A stretch of DNA of 64,000 nt from the IMG/VR virus record IMGVR_UViG_3300021387_000074; one strand, written 5' to 3'. How positions within the stretch are numbered: position 1 is the stretch's first letter; every line of letters begins with the position of its first letter. Under the pieces are notes generated by a model, which saw nothing but the letters and a program-made list of their open reading frames with translations, searched no databases and had not been told where the DNA came from. Positions 18,554 to 27,483 of the stretch are shown here, piece after piece. The position numbers were made by a program, and so were the translations under genes. This stretch comes from a virus (lineage: Duplodnaviria; Heunggongvirae; Uroviricota; Caudoviricetes).

Positions 18554-18648
18554 ATATAGCAGGCAAGTTATGGTTAAAGGTCGCGGGTTTATCACAACCA
18601 ACTTGCCAGGAAACCCATGCTGCATAATACGGACTGTTATTGTCCTTT

Positions 18649-18731
18649 GGATTAGGTCGGACTCGAACCAACATTCCTACGCTTTCCACTGTGGGCTTTA
18701 ACGTAGAGCCTAGCCATTAACTGACTAACCC
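18649..18731 (-). tRNA. type II (long variable arm) tRNA, anticodon undetermined
   Basis: Acceptor GGGTTAG/CTAATCC pairs fully. T-arm GTTGG-TTCGAGT-CCGAC. The 83-nt length implies a long variable arm. Confidence 0.45.
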
Positions 18732-19049
18732 ATAAAAATTTGGCAACTTTACCGAATTGTAATTTGCCGAAGGTCTTGCCTACCTATCGTTAAAGTAGGA
18801 ACGCTAACAGAGATTTGTGCGTTAGCCACTAGAAGCTGAATCGTTTTATAAAATAATGGTTTTACGGTAACCAGCCGCTTACACTGACGTTGGAACAACC
18901 AATTCCTCCGAAGTGTTTCTCGATTACACATAACGCACTGCTTCGCTAGGGCGCGGCTTGCTTTCACCACCTAAACAAGCAAAGGGTTTCTTAGGTTATA
19001 CAACCACAAGTATTTTTGGTTAAAGGAACCTCGTTTTCCTTATGACTTA

Positions 19050-19078
19050 ATTTTACCACGAAAGTAAAATTTTGTCAA
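19050..19078 (-). promoter_or_regulatory. sigma70-type promoter inside the tRNA region (minus strand)
   Basis: The minus strand reads TTGACA, then a 17-nt spacer (aaattttactttcgtgg), then TAAAAT. Confidence 0.5.
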
Positions 19079-19082
19079 TAGC

Positions 19083-19154
19083 AGGCGGTGCCCGATTCGA
19101 ACAGGCGTCCAACGGATTTGGAGTCCGTGATTTTAGCCGCTAAACTAACCACCT
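19083..19154 (-). tRNA. tRNA-Trp (CCA)
   Basis: Anticodon arm ACGGA-CUCCAAA-TCCGT. Acceptor AGGTGGT/ACCGCCT. T-loop TTCGAAT. Confidence 0.7.
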
Positions 19155-19265
19155 ATAATTAACCCAAACCACCGAGTTAGCGCTACCACGGATTTACGGT
19201 TTTGTATGAGCACTGCTATTCATCATAGCTTCCTATAAAGCGCATCTCTCATACTAAGGTTTAGA

Positions 19266-19337
19266 GCACCATCACGGATTCGAACCGAGGCTTTCTGCTT
19301 GGAGGGCAGACGTGCTAGCCGCTAACACTAATGATGC
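19266..19337 (-). tRNA. tRNA-Gly (UCC)
   Basis: Acceptor GCATCAT/ATGGTGC. D-stem GTGT/GCAC. Anticodon arm TCTGC-CCUCCAA-GCAGA, with C at position 33. Confidence 0.55.
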
Positions 19338-19519
19338 ATAATTGGCGGAGTGTATAACTCTTTTTTTCCTAAAAAATTTTAAATAGGAACACTCTTTGCC
19401 ATACGGAAGCGGCGAGTCCCGACCTCGCATTTCCCGAAGGAACCCAACTTAGCAGGCTGGTGGTTTTGCCAATTCACCCACACTTCCAAAAAGTGGGTTA
19501 GCACGTATCCACTTTATTG

Positions 19520-19650
19520 TTGACGTCATTTTAGGACTCGAACCTATTTGTGCTAACCCTAGCATTGTTATGTCTCCTCATAACAAAAGTGGACACAGGC
19601 AGCATCGAACTGCTTCTATTCCGCTGTGCAAGAGCGGCGAGATGCCAAAC
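19520..19650 (-). ncRNA. unresolved tRNA-like region with two T-arm motifs
   Basis: GGTTCGAGTCC and AGTTCGATGCTGC motifs, plus hairpin GTTATG-AGGAGA-CATAAC. No canonical cloverleaf could be assembled. Confidence 0.3.
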
Positions 19651-19837
19651 CTCCCCAGGCCCATAAAAAAGGTGTTCGGGTTTATCGTCGCAGACGTCAT
19701 ACGACTAGTTAGTTTTGTTCCGTTTGCACTCCTCGATGTTATTACTGCCGAGTGTAAACGTATCGGTTCAGTTTGCCCGAAAAGATCTAACATACTTCAT
19801 TAACCAAACGCCCCGAACTGTTACGCTTGGATTTAGT

Positions 19838-19910
19838 GGAGCGGGGGAGCATCGAACTCCCAACCTCATGATTGCAAATCACGTATTCTAGCCAATTGAA
19901 CTACCGTCCC
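19838..19910 (-). tRNA. tRNA-Ala (UGC)
   Basis: Anticodon loop UUUGCAA. G3:U70 identity pair present. T-arm GGGAG-TTCGATG-CTCCC. Confidence 0.7.
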
Positions 19911-20058
19911 ATAAATGGTCGGTGATTTTAAGGGCTCACCTTTTGTCAGCATATAACCTTCTGACGCATCCTCTCGGAAAATACCCAGGCAACGTACCTA
20001 CAGTATATGACTTGTAGGGGTTTTGTTCAACTTACTGAACCTGCCCAATAAAGCTTGC

Positions 20059-20145
20059 GGAGTATGCAAGACTCGAACTTGCGCCACGCTCATCGCATGT
20101 CAACGGTTTTCAAGACCGCCCGTATAGCCGCTAACTCAATACTCC
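20059..20145 (-). tRNA. tRNA-Ser (UGA), type II
   Basis: 87 nt. Acceptor GGAGTAT/ATACTCC. Anticodon loop CUUGAAA. Long variable arm. T-arm GCAAG-TTCGAGT-CTTGC. Confidence 0.65.
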
Positions 20146-20153
20146 ATAAAAGT

Positions 20154-20223
20154 CTGTATGGTAGGACTCGAACCTACGAAGCCTTGTTCCCAAAACAAGT
20201 GGATTAACCGCTCTCCCACACAC
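20154..20223 (-). tRNA. tRNA-Pro (UGG)
   Basis: Anticodon arm CTTGT-UUUGGGA-ACAAG. T-arm GTAGG-TTCGAGT-CCTAC. Confidence 0.65.
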
Positions 20224-20358
20224 AGATAAAAGTTGTTAGATCGCCGCGCAGCACAACCAAAGATTGTACATTAGTGTCCTTGCGGATTACCAATCTTCTT
20301 TATGGATATCTTTCGATAGGTCTTATCTAGGCACCCTTCCATAAATAAACAACTTAGC

Positions 20359-20428
20359 GGGCTAGGCAGGAATTGAACCTGCGTCCACGGATTAACAGTC
20401 CGCTGTATAACCATTTTACTACTAACCC
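20359..20428 (-). tRNA. tRNA-Asn (GUU)
   Basis: Anticodon arm GCGGA-CUGUUAA-TCCGT. T-arm GCAGG-TTCAATT-CCTGC. Confidence 0.6.
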
Positions 20429-20438
20429 AAATTTTAGT

Positions 20439-20522
20439 TGGCAGGGAGGGACTCGAACCCCCAACGTTTCTGATGTCACGGATTTACAGTCCGCTGCCTT
20501 CAGCCATTCGGCACACCTACCA
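20439..20522 (-). tRNA. tRNA-Tyr (GUA), type II
   Basis: 84 nt. D-arm TGCC-GAATGGCTGAA-GGCA. Anticodon loop CUGUAAA. Long variable arm. Confidence 0.65.
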
Positions 20523-20531
20523 ATAAGTAGC

Positions 20532-20603
20532 GGGATATGCGAGAATTGAACCCGCGCTCTCCTGAGTGACAGTCAGGCGTATGCACCATTTTACCAATAT
20601 CCC
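20532..20603 (-). tRNA. tRNA-Asp (GUC)
   Basis: Acceptor GGGATAT/ATATCCC. Anticodon arm CCTGA-CUGUCAC-TCAGG. Confidence 0.65.
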
Positions 20604-20613
20604 AAATGTTAGT

Positions 20614-20693
20614 CGGCTCGGAGAGACTCGAACTCTCACGTCAAAGACACATGATCCTAAGTCATGCGTGGCTGCCAATTACACCACGAGCCG
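20614..20693 (-). tRNA. tRNA-Leu (UAG), type II
   Basis: 80 nt. Acceptor CGGCTCG/CGAGCCG. Anticodon arm CATGA-CUUAGGA-TCATG. 13-nt variable arm. Confidence 0.65.
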
Positions 20694-20702
20694 AAAATAA
20701 AA

Positions 20703-20733
20703 AAGGCTTCTGATTTGTGTCAGAAGCCTTTAT
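20703..20733 (-). terminator. hairpin plus U-run upstream of the tRNA array (minus strand)
   Basis: The minus strand reads AAAGGCTTCTGACACAAATCAGAAGCCTTTTTTATTTTCGG. Confidence 0.5.
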
Positions 20734-20883
20734 ATAATAAACTCAGCTTCCGTCACGTTCTTGGATCATAGGCAGGTTCATACGATACGCCACTATTAAG
20801 TGTTGCAATAATGAGAGAATCTGCACTGTAATTATTCCAAGAATTTTTCATTTTGTTTTCCTTTTAATTTAACTTGTGACTAT

Positions 20884-20912
20884 ATTATAAAACACAAATT
20901 AATTTTTGTCAA
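20884..20912 (-). promoter_or_regulatory. sigma70-type promoter for the 20915..21682 gene
   Basis: The minus strand reads TTGACA, then 17 nt, then TATAAT (from + strand 'attataaaacacaaattaatttttgtcaag'). Confidence 0.55.
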
Positions 20913-20914
20913 GA

Positions 20915-21682
20915 TTACTTTCTTAATAAGAAAGCTCTCATCCATTTTTCAACGATTGTTTCTTCATTTTTTCTGAACCAATCGAGCAACTGTTTTTCGT
21001 TTTTGAAATCAAGCGGAATAATTCTACTTCTAAACAAAAACCCAAACAAATCCCAATTAGAAAGACTAAGAAAATAACTTTTTCGTTTCCACCAATGAGT
21101 TATCTCCCAACCTTCTTCGGGCTTATATTTTGGAGGATAAATCTCAGTAGTTATATACTTCTTTTCTTCTTTGCGTTTACCCGCAAATCCAGAATTCCAA
21201 GGCATATAAAAACCATAGTTTACTTTTTCTATAACTACTCTTTCAAGAACTATTGTATAAAGTGGCTTATCTTCATTATAAACCAAATCAACATAATCCT
21301 TATATTTTTCCCAAAGAGGGCGATGCTTAACACCATATCTATAATCTAGACCAAAAATTTCTTTTTCAAAATTTCTGCGGTATTCATCTTTGCCGCCCCA
21401 ATAGTAATTTCCCCCATCTGATGCCCAACCCCATTTATCAGCAAATCTCAAAGAATAATCAATGTTTTCGTTAATAAACTTTTCTTCAGGCTGAACACCA
21501 TCTTTTGTGCAAAGAAAACAACGATCATCATAAAGAACTTCTTTAATGATAGTACCTTCCATTTCTTTACACAATCTCCTATCCTTCTGTCTGCGTTCTT
21601 TGTGATACTGTTGGCGACACCATTTATCGCCTCTAGATTTGCAAATAGAATGATAAGGTTTTTTCTTAAAGCTTCTACTCAT
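20915..21682 (-). CDS. hypothetical protein (basic, Trp-rich)
   Basis: 255-aa ORF with promoter and RBS upstream. Confidence 0.5.
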   Translation of the reverse strand: MSRSFKKKPYHSICKSRGDKWCRQQYHKERRQKDRRLCKEMEGTIIKEVLYDDRCFLCTKDGVQPEEKFINENIDYSLRFADKWGWASDGGNYYWGGKDEYRRNFEKEIFGLDYRYGVKHRPLWEKYKDYVDLVYNEDKPLYTIVLERVVIEKVNYGFYMPWNSGFAGKRKEEKKYITTEIYPPKYKPEEGWEITHWWKRKSYFLSLSNWDLFGFLFRSRIIPLDFKNEKQLLDWFRKNEETIVEKWMRAFLLRK

Positions 21683-21800
21683 ATTTTTCTCCTAACTAAT
21701 TTAAGTTAGAATATTGTATACTTCATAAGAATCTCCTTTATTCTTTCTAGGAACGTGAAATAATCTTCACGCAAAATTTCCTCTTGCAACCTCGTTCTAC

Positions 21801-21860
21801 AGTCAGGACTCGAACCCGATCCAAAGACCATGCAGGTCTGTGTGCAACCGTTACACCTCT
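21801..21860 (-). ncRNA. degenerate tRNA-like fragment
   Basis: GGGTTCGAGTCC T-arm motif, but no matching 5' acceptor strand within 90 nt. Confidence 0.25.
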
Positions 21861-21866
21861 GAGATT

Positions 21867-21936
21867 TCTTCCGCGAGGACTCGAACCCAGCCTGCAAGAT
21901 CCAAATTCTTGAGTGCGACCGCTACACTACGGAAGA
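21867..21936 (-). tRNA. tRNA-Gln (UUG)
   Basis: Paralog of the Gln(CUG) gene. Acceptor TCTTCCG/CGGAAGA pairs perfectly. Anticodon arm CAAGA-AUUUGGA-TCTTG. Confidence 0.6.
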
Positions 21937-21946
21937 ATAAATTAGT

Positions 21947-22027
21947 CGGCAAGGTGGGATTCGAACCCACACGTCCGAAGACAACTGATTTTGAGCCAGC
22001 CAAGACTACCAATTCCATCACTCACCG
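21947..22027 (-). tRNA. tRNA-Leu (CAA), type II
   Basis: 81 nt. T-arm GTGGG-TTCGAAT-CCCAC. Anticodon loop CUCAAAA. Variable arm GTCTTCGGAC. Confidence 0.55.
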
Positions 22028-22267
22028 AAAAGAAGGGCGTTTAATACGCATTCTCTAATAATGCAGTTGCCCTTCGCCCAAGTATTTATAGTGCGTCGTG
22101 GCGATACACTTGAAAAGATTTTATGTTGTTCTTTTCATCAACATCAAAATTATAACACGAAGTCATAATTTTGTAAAGGGATGGGCTACCACCCAACCTC
22201 CACCACCTAGTTTCATTAATGTTTCTGAGAAGGAAGCTTCAAAAAACTAGGAAACAAATACCTTAGT

Positions 22268-22340
22268 GGAGCATATCGGAATTGAACCGATGTCCAAACA
22301 ACTTCTTATATTAAACACGTCTTTACAAGCTTAAGTCATT
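22268..22340 (-). ncRNA. tRNA 3'-half-like element (T-arm ATCGG-TTCAATT-CCGAT plus acceptor strand), no 5' partner found
   Basis: The + strand carries 'ggagcatatcggaattgaaccgatgtcc'. The 5' acceptor complement is absent from the following 300 nt. Confidence 0.25.
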
Positions 22341-22866
22341 TGCTTTTCGGTAAGTGCAAATAACAAAACTAATAGATTTTAATTTTCGTTGGTAAGCACT
22401 GAATCTCCAAAAGTTCAAACCAACTATCAGATGGTGACACTTAGACCGAAATATCTGAGTCATTCGCTAAGTGCTTACGCAACCATTGCGTAAGAATCTT
22501 CGAAATCTTCGTCGATTATTTTTTTGCTATATTAAGGTTAGCAACCTTTGCTTGATGTTTAATTCTTCCGTTGCTGTCGAAACCAAGAATGCCCCATAAG
22601 AATCATTGTCCATTTACCACTTGCGGACTACAAGGTAGCCAAGCCAGGCTCAACTTAAAGCTCTAATCTTAGGCTTTTGTTTTCGCTTGATGATTTATTA
22701 TACTACTTTTTTAACTTTTTGTCAAGGGTTGTTTTAGCGGTTTGGTAATCATCATAAAACTCATACTGTCCACCGTAGTGATAACAAACCAAATACTTTG
22801 TAGGAGTTCTCCACAATTCCCAAACACCCTTTTGTAATAAAAATTGCCATCCCATAAGATTAACTC

Positions 22867-23436
22867 CTAATCTTGCTCTTCGTGCAGCCACCTTTCATTT
22901 AAATACTGATCGGCTTTCTGAAGTCCTTCCCAAATAGTTTTCAAATCTTCTTCAGGAATTTCTTCAAACATTCTTGAACCGCAAGAGTGAAATTCATATC
23001 CTTCTTTATCTCTTTCCCAAGAGCCAAGCTGAAAACAAGAAGAATTAAAATCATCATAAAACTGAACAAGTTCCAAAGGAACGTATTCAGGTTCTCTACC
23101 TAAATAAGAACAATTACAAATCATATAATTCTTCTTACCCGCAAACTCCCACTTAAAGTGGGAATTGCCTACTTCCGAGCAAATATCCTCAGATGTTTCT
23201 CCAGGCAGCGGGTGAGCATTTATATAATCATCTGTTAGGTCATAACAGATTGTTCCCTTTTTGTCATACTCGTTTTCGATTGCTTTAAGCAAATCTTGTT
23301 TTGTTGTAATTCTTATTTTGTTAGGAGAGTCTTTGAGCCCATCATACGGATCATACCAAACATCGTAATATTTAGAATAAACCATATCTAACAACCTTTT
23401 AAGTTCGGTTGTACCATTTGGATAAATCATTAACAC
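22867..23436 (-). CDS. hypothetical protein
   Basis: 189-aa ORF. Confidence 0.5.
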   Translation of the reverse strand: MLMIYPNGTTELKRLLDMVYSKYYDVWYDPYDGLKDSPNKIRITTKQDLLKAIENEYDKKGTICYDLTDDYINAHPLPGETSEDICSEVGNSHFKWEFAGKKNYMICNCSYLGREPEYVPLELVQFYDDFNSSCFQLGSWERDKEGYEFHSCGSRMFEEIPEEDLKTIWEGLQKADQYLNERWLHEEQD

Positions 23437-23598
23437 CTCCTGCTCCTAATTATTCATTTTCTTTGCAAGATCAACAACAAGTCTGATAACTGCACAAACG
23501 CATACAATGATTCCAAGTGTCAGCACAGCTTTTGCACCACTAGGATGTCCATCCAAACACTGTGAAATAACAATTAAAGCAGCTCCTGTTCCCATATT

Positions 23599-24624
23599 TT
23601 ACTCCTTAAAATAAGTATTATAAACATAATCAGCGATGTCAGGGAAAACTTCTTTAATTTTTATCATTTTCTCTGCCTCTGAATAGTCAGCTCCAAGTCC
23701 GCCAAACACACTTTTAAGATTACCAACCTTCCTATCAAACTGTTTAAGTTTTCTATTAAAGTCAGCAATAGTTAAAGCTGTTGGTGGATTCTGTGTATCG
23801 AACACTTCGAACACATCATGGTTTACAGAATCACAAAGAATAACAATATCTTTGTCTTTGTTTGTAATTGCTTCATAGTCACCCATGCAACAATACTCTG
23901 TATGACCAACTACCTGCTTAGGGAAATAAGGTTCTTTTATTAAACTGTTTGGTCTAATCCATAAACAGAACTGAGAAACCTCATCGCCACTTCCACTAAA
24001 GCAACCATCCCAATCAAGTTTTTCCTCAAACCCATTTGAGAAGTTTTCATCGCCTGGAATATGACTTCTTTCATGCCAACACTTATTAAGTGTTTCAACA
24101 GAGAATAAATTCTGATCCCATTCTACAACATCTTTGTAGAGTTCTTTGAAGTAAGCGTCTGCTTCTTCTTTAGATTCAAACTCTGTTCTATCTGCTTTTG
24201 GATAAACAGTATAAATGTCTCCCATAATTTCTTTCATATAAGAAACGGCAGTCTTTGAAAAACCTGCGTGAGAGAACACCCAGCCATCACATTCAAAAGC
24301 AAGATCGATTATATCCATATTTGCCATAAGTAAGGCGCGGATAACACTTATTTTACTGTTTTGATGTCCACTACAATTTGAGCCATATCTTGAGCCACTA
24401 ACATAACTCCAATCATGGTTACCAATTAAAAGTATTACTTTATTAGGATACTTTCTTTTGAATCTACAGATCGTCTGAAAGTTCTCACCCTGGTCATCCC
24501 ATACATTTTCCCAAGCATCAAAATAGTCACCAAGGAAAACTACAAAATCAACCTCATCAATTTTCTTCTGGGCAATTTCCCAATTATGACTACCATGAAC
24601 ATCGGGAATTATTAAAATTTTCAT
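23599..24624 (-). CDS. calcineurin-like metallophosphoesterase (candidate RNA 2',3'-phosphatase of a repair module)
   Basis: 'IIPDVHG', 'FLGDYFD', 'GNHDW' motifs. The likely start MKIL overlaps the ligase stop as ATGA, with an AAGGA RBS upstream. Confidence 0.65.
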   Translation of the reverse strand: MKILIIPDVHGSHNWEIAQKKIDEVDFVVFLGDYFDAWENVWDDQGENFQTICRFKRKYPNKVILLIGNHDWSYVSGSRYGSNCSGHQNSKISVIRALLMANMDIIDLAFECDGWVFSHAGFSKTAVSYMKEIMGDIYTVYPKADRTEFESKEEADAYFKELYKDVVEWDQNLFSVETLNKCWHERSHIPGDENFSNGFEEKLDWDGCFSGSGDEVSQFCLWIRPNSLIKEPYFPKQVVGHTEYCCMGDYEAITNKDKDIVILCDSVNHDVFEVFDTQNPPTALTIADFNRKLKQFDRKVGNLKSVFGGLGADYSEAEKMIKIKEVFPDIADYVYNTYFKE

Positions 24625-25838
24625 TTTATCAAATCCTTGTATACTGAACAATACATTTCATAACCCTTAGACTTTTCTTTCCAAGAATCCCAAAGTTCAT
24701 TTAAGTATTCATTAGAATCCTTACCGTCTGCAGCCTTGAAATATATTGGTCTCAAAGATGGTGGAACCTGAGAAGTTACCCACAAAGCAAATTCTTTACG
24801 ATTTTTCTTGTAATCATTCTCCCAAACATCTTTTGCATAATCCATTGTAGAAATAAACTCTCTCTTAAAGACTTTAATTTCTGCAACCTGCTTATCTGTC
24901 TTTTCCTTCAACTCAGGGAAATCATCATGGCTTTCAGTAATGCACAAACGCCAAATACCTTCAGGGGTATCGTGGTCGCGAATATACTTCAAAGCCAAGT
25001 AAGAAGGACACTTCATTTTTACACGAGTCCAATTCTCTTCGTCTACTACAACAAAACCTTCCTGGTTTTTTCCGCTGAACTTTTCAAGTGCGGCGAGAAT
25101 ATCTTCCTTCTTCTTCAAGTCGTAATAATGTGGAGTGTCATAAGGCAAACCAAACATTTTTATTACTTCTCTTGGGTCGTGTTCAATACCTTCTGCATCA
25201 CGAGCACCATGGAACCAAAGTTTTGTTTCTGTATATTCGCAAATGATTTTATTCTGTGGCGAAGTAAGTTCAAACATTAAAGTCCAACCATCAGGAATTC
25301 TTGAAACCCAATCCATTTCACAATGGAAGTAGTTCTTATCTGCATCCCAAACAGTTGCGCCTGGAGCATCTTTTGTTAATGCTTTTGTCATCAATTCCTG
25401 ATAACAATGAACATCTTCTGTTTCATAATCAATTGGAGTATAAAGTCCAACACCACCATTTGTTACCCAATAATCTGCCCCTTTATATTTGAACATCTTA
25501 ATAAGCTGTCCATCTATTTTTTCGGGAACAAACAAAAATTTTGAATCCCAATTTATTGTATCAGCATGTCCGTCGTTGATGTCAAAGAATTTCAAATAAG
25601 GAGCACAAATAACATTTACAGTTCCATCTTCAAGAACTTCAACAACTGTTCCGCGGCACTGCTTAACAATTTTATCTGAAAGGTCAGATTCTATAAGATC
25701 ATAAACCAGCATCCACCAATTTGGATTGTTAGGAAACTGTGTTACAGAACGTAAGCAATAAGGCTTCTTCTTTAATTTGTCCTGCCAATTCTTTAGGTTC
25801 TTTCTAATAAAGTTCTCAAGTTCTTCAAAGTTTTTCAT
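24621..25838 (-). CDS. RNA ligase (Rnl1-like nucleotidyltransferase)
   Basis: Motif I 'EKIDGQL' (KxDG), motif IV 'EGFVVV', motif V 'RVKMK'. The likely start MKNFEEL has an AAGGAG RBS 8 nt upstream. Confidence 0.7.
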   Translation of the reverse strand: MKNFEELENFIRKNLKNWQDKLKKKPYCLRSVTQFPNNPNWWMLVYDLIESDLSDKIVKQCRGTVVEVLEDGTVNVICAPYLKFFDINDGHADTINWDSKFLFVPEKIDGQLIKMFKYKGADYWVTNGGVGLYTPIDYETEDVHCYQELMTKALTKDAPGATVWDADKNYFHCEMDWVSRIPDGWTLMFELTSPQNKIICEYTETKLWFHGARDAEGIEHDPREVIKMFGLPYDTPHYYDLKKKEDILAALEKFSGKNQEGFVVVDEENWTRVKMKCPSYLALKYIRDHDTPEGIWRLCITESHDDFPELKEKTDKQVAEIKVFKREFISTMDYAKDVWENDYKKNRKEFALWVTSQVPPSLRPIYFKAADGKDSNEYLNELWDSWKEKSKGYEMYCSVYKDLIK

Positions 25839-25856
25839 TGTTTTGCTCCTTATACT

Positions 25857-25915
25857 AAAATTATACCACGAAAGCAAAAAAAAGTAAAGCCCATCTACTG
25901 TTAGGTGGGCTTATT
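25857..25915 (-). terminator. conserved terminator-promoter cassette (copy 1)
   Basis: + strand reads 'aaaattataccacgaaagc-aaaaaaaagtaaagcccatctactgttaggtgggctt'. On the minus strand this is hairpin, then TTTACTTTTTTT, then TGGTATAAT. Confidence 0.6.
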
Positions 25916-25950
25916 AAATATTTTTTTAATAAATATTATTTTTAAATCCA

Positions 25951-26310
25951 TTACATTGTTGGATCGACTATGTAAGTACAGTCGTTGATAAGACCGTTTA
26001 CCTTTTTGAAAATAAATCCATCTGGATTTTCTTCTTCATCAAAATCCATCATTCCCAAAGCTTCATCTAAAGCTTCTCCAATTGCTTCTTCTACACTCGC
26101 TGCAGTTGTTGTTGGACTAAGTATTGCACTATCGCCATCACCAATATATTCATAAACGCCATAGCGATAGATTGTTTTATCCAGTCCTTCTACATTTACT
26201 TCTTCAATGGCGATATATGCATCACCATTGTCAGAGCCATCTGAAAAACGGAATTCTCCTTCTGTTTCCAAAACTTCTACGATTTTATCTATGAGTTCTT
26301 TTCTGTTCAT
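25951..26310 (-). CDS. hypothetical acidic protein
   Basis: 119-aa ORF. Confidence 0.45.
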   Translation of the reverse strand: MNRKELIDKIVEVLETEGEFRFSDGSDNGDAYIAIEEVNVEGLDKTIYRYGVYEYIGDGDSAILSPTTTAASVEEAIGEALDEALGMMDFDEEENPDGFIFKKVNGLINDCTYIVDPTM

Positions 26311-26318
26311 TTCAACTC

Positions 26319-26828
26319 CTAGATAATGTTACACTGGCAGCACTTCATAACGTCAAGTGCGGCTTTGTGTGTTTCAGGTGAGAGTCCTGCACAAGCATTT
26401 GCGATTACGTTTACTTCTACACCTTCAATCTGTTTAAGAGCGAGTGCGTTTGAAACAACACAAATGTCTGTACAAGTACCACACATTGTTACTTCATCAC
26501 CTGGCTGAACATATTCAGTCCATTTGTCTGAACCGAAATGTTCCTTTGGAAGAACGATTGCTTCATTAGCCAAATCCTGGAGATCTTCAATGATTCTCCA
26601 ACCGTCTGTACCTTCGATACAGTGTTCAACTGGCAGATGCTTTCCTTCTCCCGTTTTCATATAGTCATCGTAATGTGTATCAAGGGTGAAAATCAACTTT
26701 GCCCCATCAGCCAAAGCCTTTTCAGCTGCTTCCTTAATGTTAGGAATAATAGCAACAGCGGCATCGTTTTTTAATGCGCCTGTGAAAAAATCATTTTGAC
26801 AATCCACGATTACAAACCATTTAGTCAT
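26319..26828 (-). CDS. pncA: nicotinamidase/isochorismatase-family hydrolase (PncA-like)
   Basis: 'FVIVDCQNDFFTGAL' vs E. coli PncA 'LLVDLQNDFCAGGAL'. 'HCIEGTDGW' vs 'HCVQNSEGA'. 'TMCGTCTDICVVSNALALKQIEGVEVNVIANACAG' vs 'VMGLATDYCVKFTVLDALQLGYKVNVITDGCRG'. Confidence 0.75.
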   Translation of the reverse strand: MTKWFVIVDCQNDFFTGALKNDAAVAIIPNIKEAAEKALADGAKLIFTLDTHYDDYMKTGEGKHLPVEHCIEGTDGWRIIEDLQDLANEAIVLPKEHFGSDKWTEYVQPGDEVTMCGTCTDICVVSNALALKQIEGVEVNVIANACAGLSPETHKAALDVMKCCQCNII

Positions 26829-27453
26829 GCTTAGCCTCCATCAGACATTGTCTTAAAACAACATCTTTATATTTTTCTTTGTTTCTGTTTTTTCTACCCT
26901 GAAGGGCAGAATATGTTAATGTGTCTCCAACTATTGGATCCACACAAAGTTGCTTTCTTAAATCTTTTAAATTACTTGCTGACTTCTCGCAGTATTTTTT
27001 ATAAGTTTCATTGTTTTTTCTTTTTTTATTATATTCCTTAAAATAAGCAATAGAGTTTTCTCTGTTCTCTAATCTTTTTTGAGCAATTTGCTCTTTATGG
27101 TTTTCTCGATATCTTTTGCTAGTTGCTTTTTTAAGCATCTTTCTTTCCCATTCGCTTCTTACGCGATTTTTATTATAGCAACCACCAAGAGAAATATTAT
27201 AACCAAAATCTCTATCATATGAATGATAAAGTTTAATATAAAACATTTCTCTTTCATTAAGACTTTCCAAGCTGCATTCTTCCAAGACATAAAAAGAAAA
27301 GTTGTCGACTCCATAAGTTTCAAAGTCTTCTTTCAAAAACCTATTAGCATTTCCCCATTTCTCTGCTTGCCATCTTTTAGGAATGTCGTTAGATTGTCCT
27401 ATATAAACTTTACCGCTTACTTTGCTTTGAATACAATAAATACCACTAATCAT
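26821..27453 (-). mobile_element. GIY-YIG homing endonuclease gene (free-standing HEG)
   Basis: 'GIYCIQSKVSGKVYIGQS...R...E' GIY-YIG core with a basic C-terminal DNA-binding tail. Inserted between pncA and nadD. Confidence 0.7.
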
Positions 27454-27483
27454 ACAATTAACTTGTCATTCTGCGTATCAACA

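Noticed and set aside
17390-19803. Several 70-90-aa ORFs in the tRNA-array spacers (17390..17662, 17893..18135, 18122..18386, 18749..18970, 19570..19803, 19578..19793)
   Set aside because: They overlap tRNAs and hairpins, lack promoter and RBS motifs, and occur on both strands in mutually overlapping frames. This is consistent with structured noncoding RNA DNA rather than genes.
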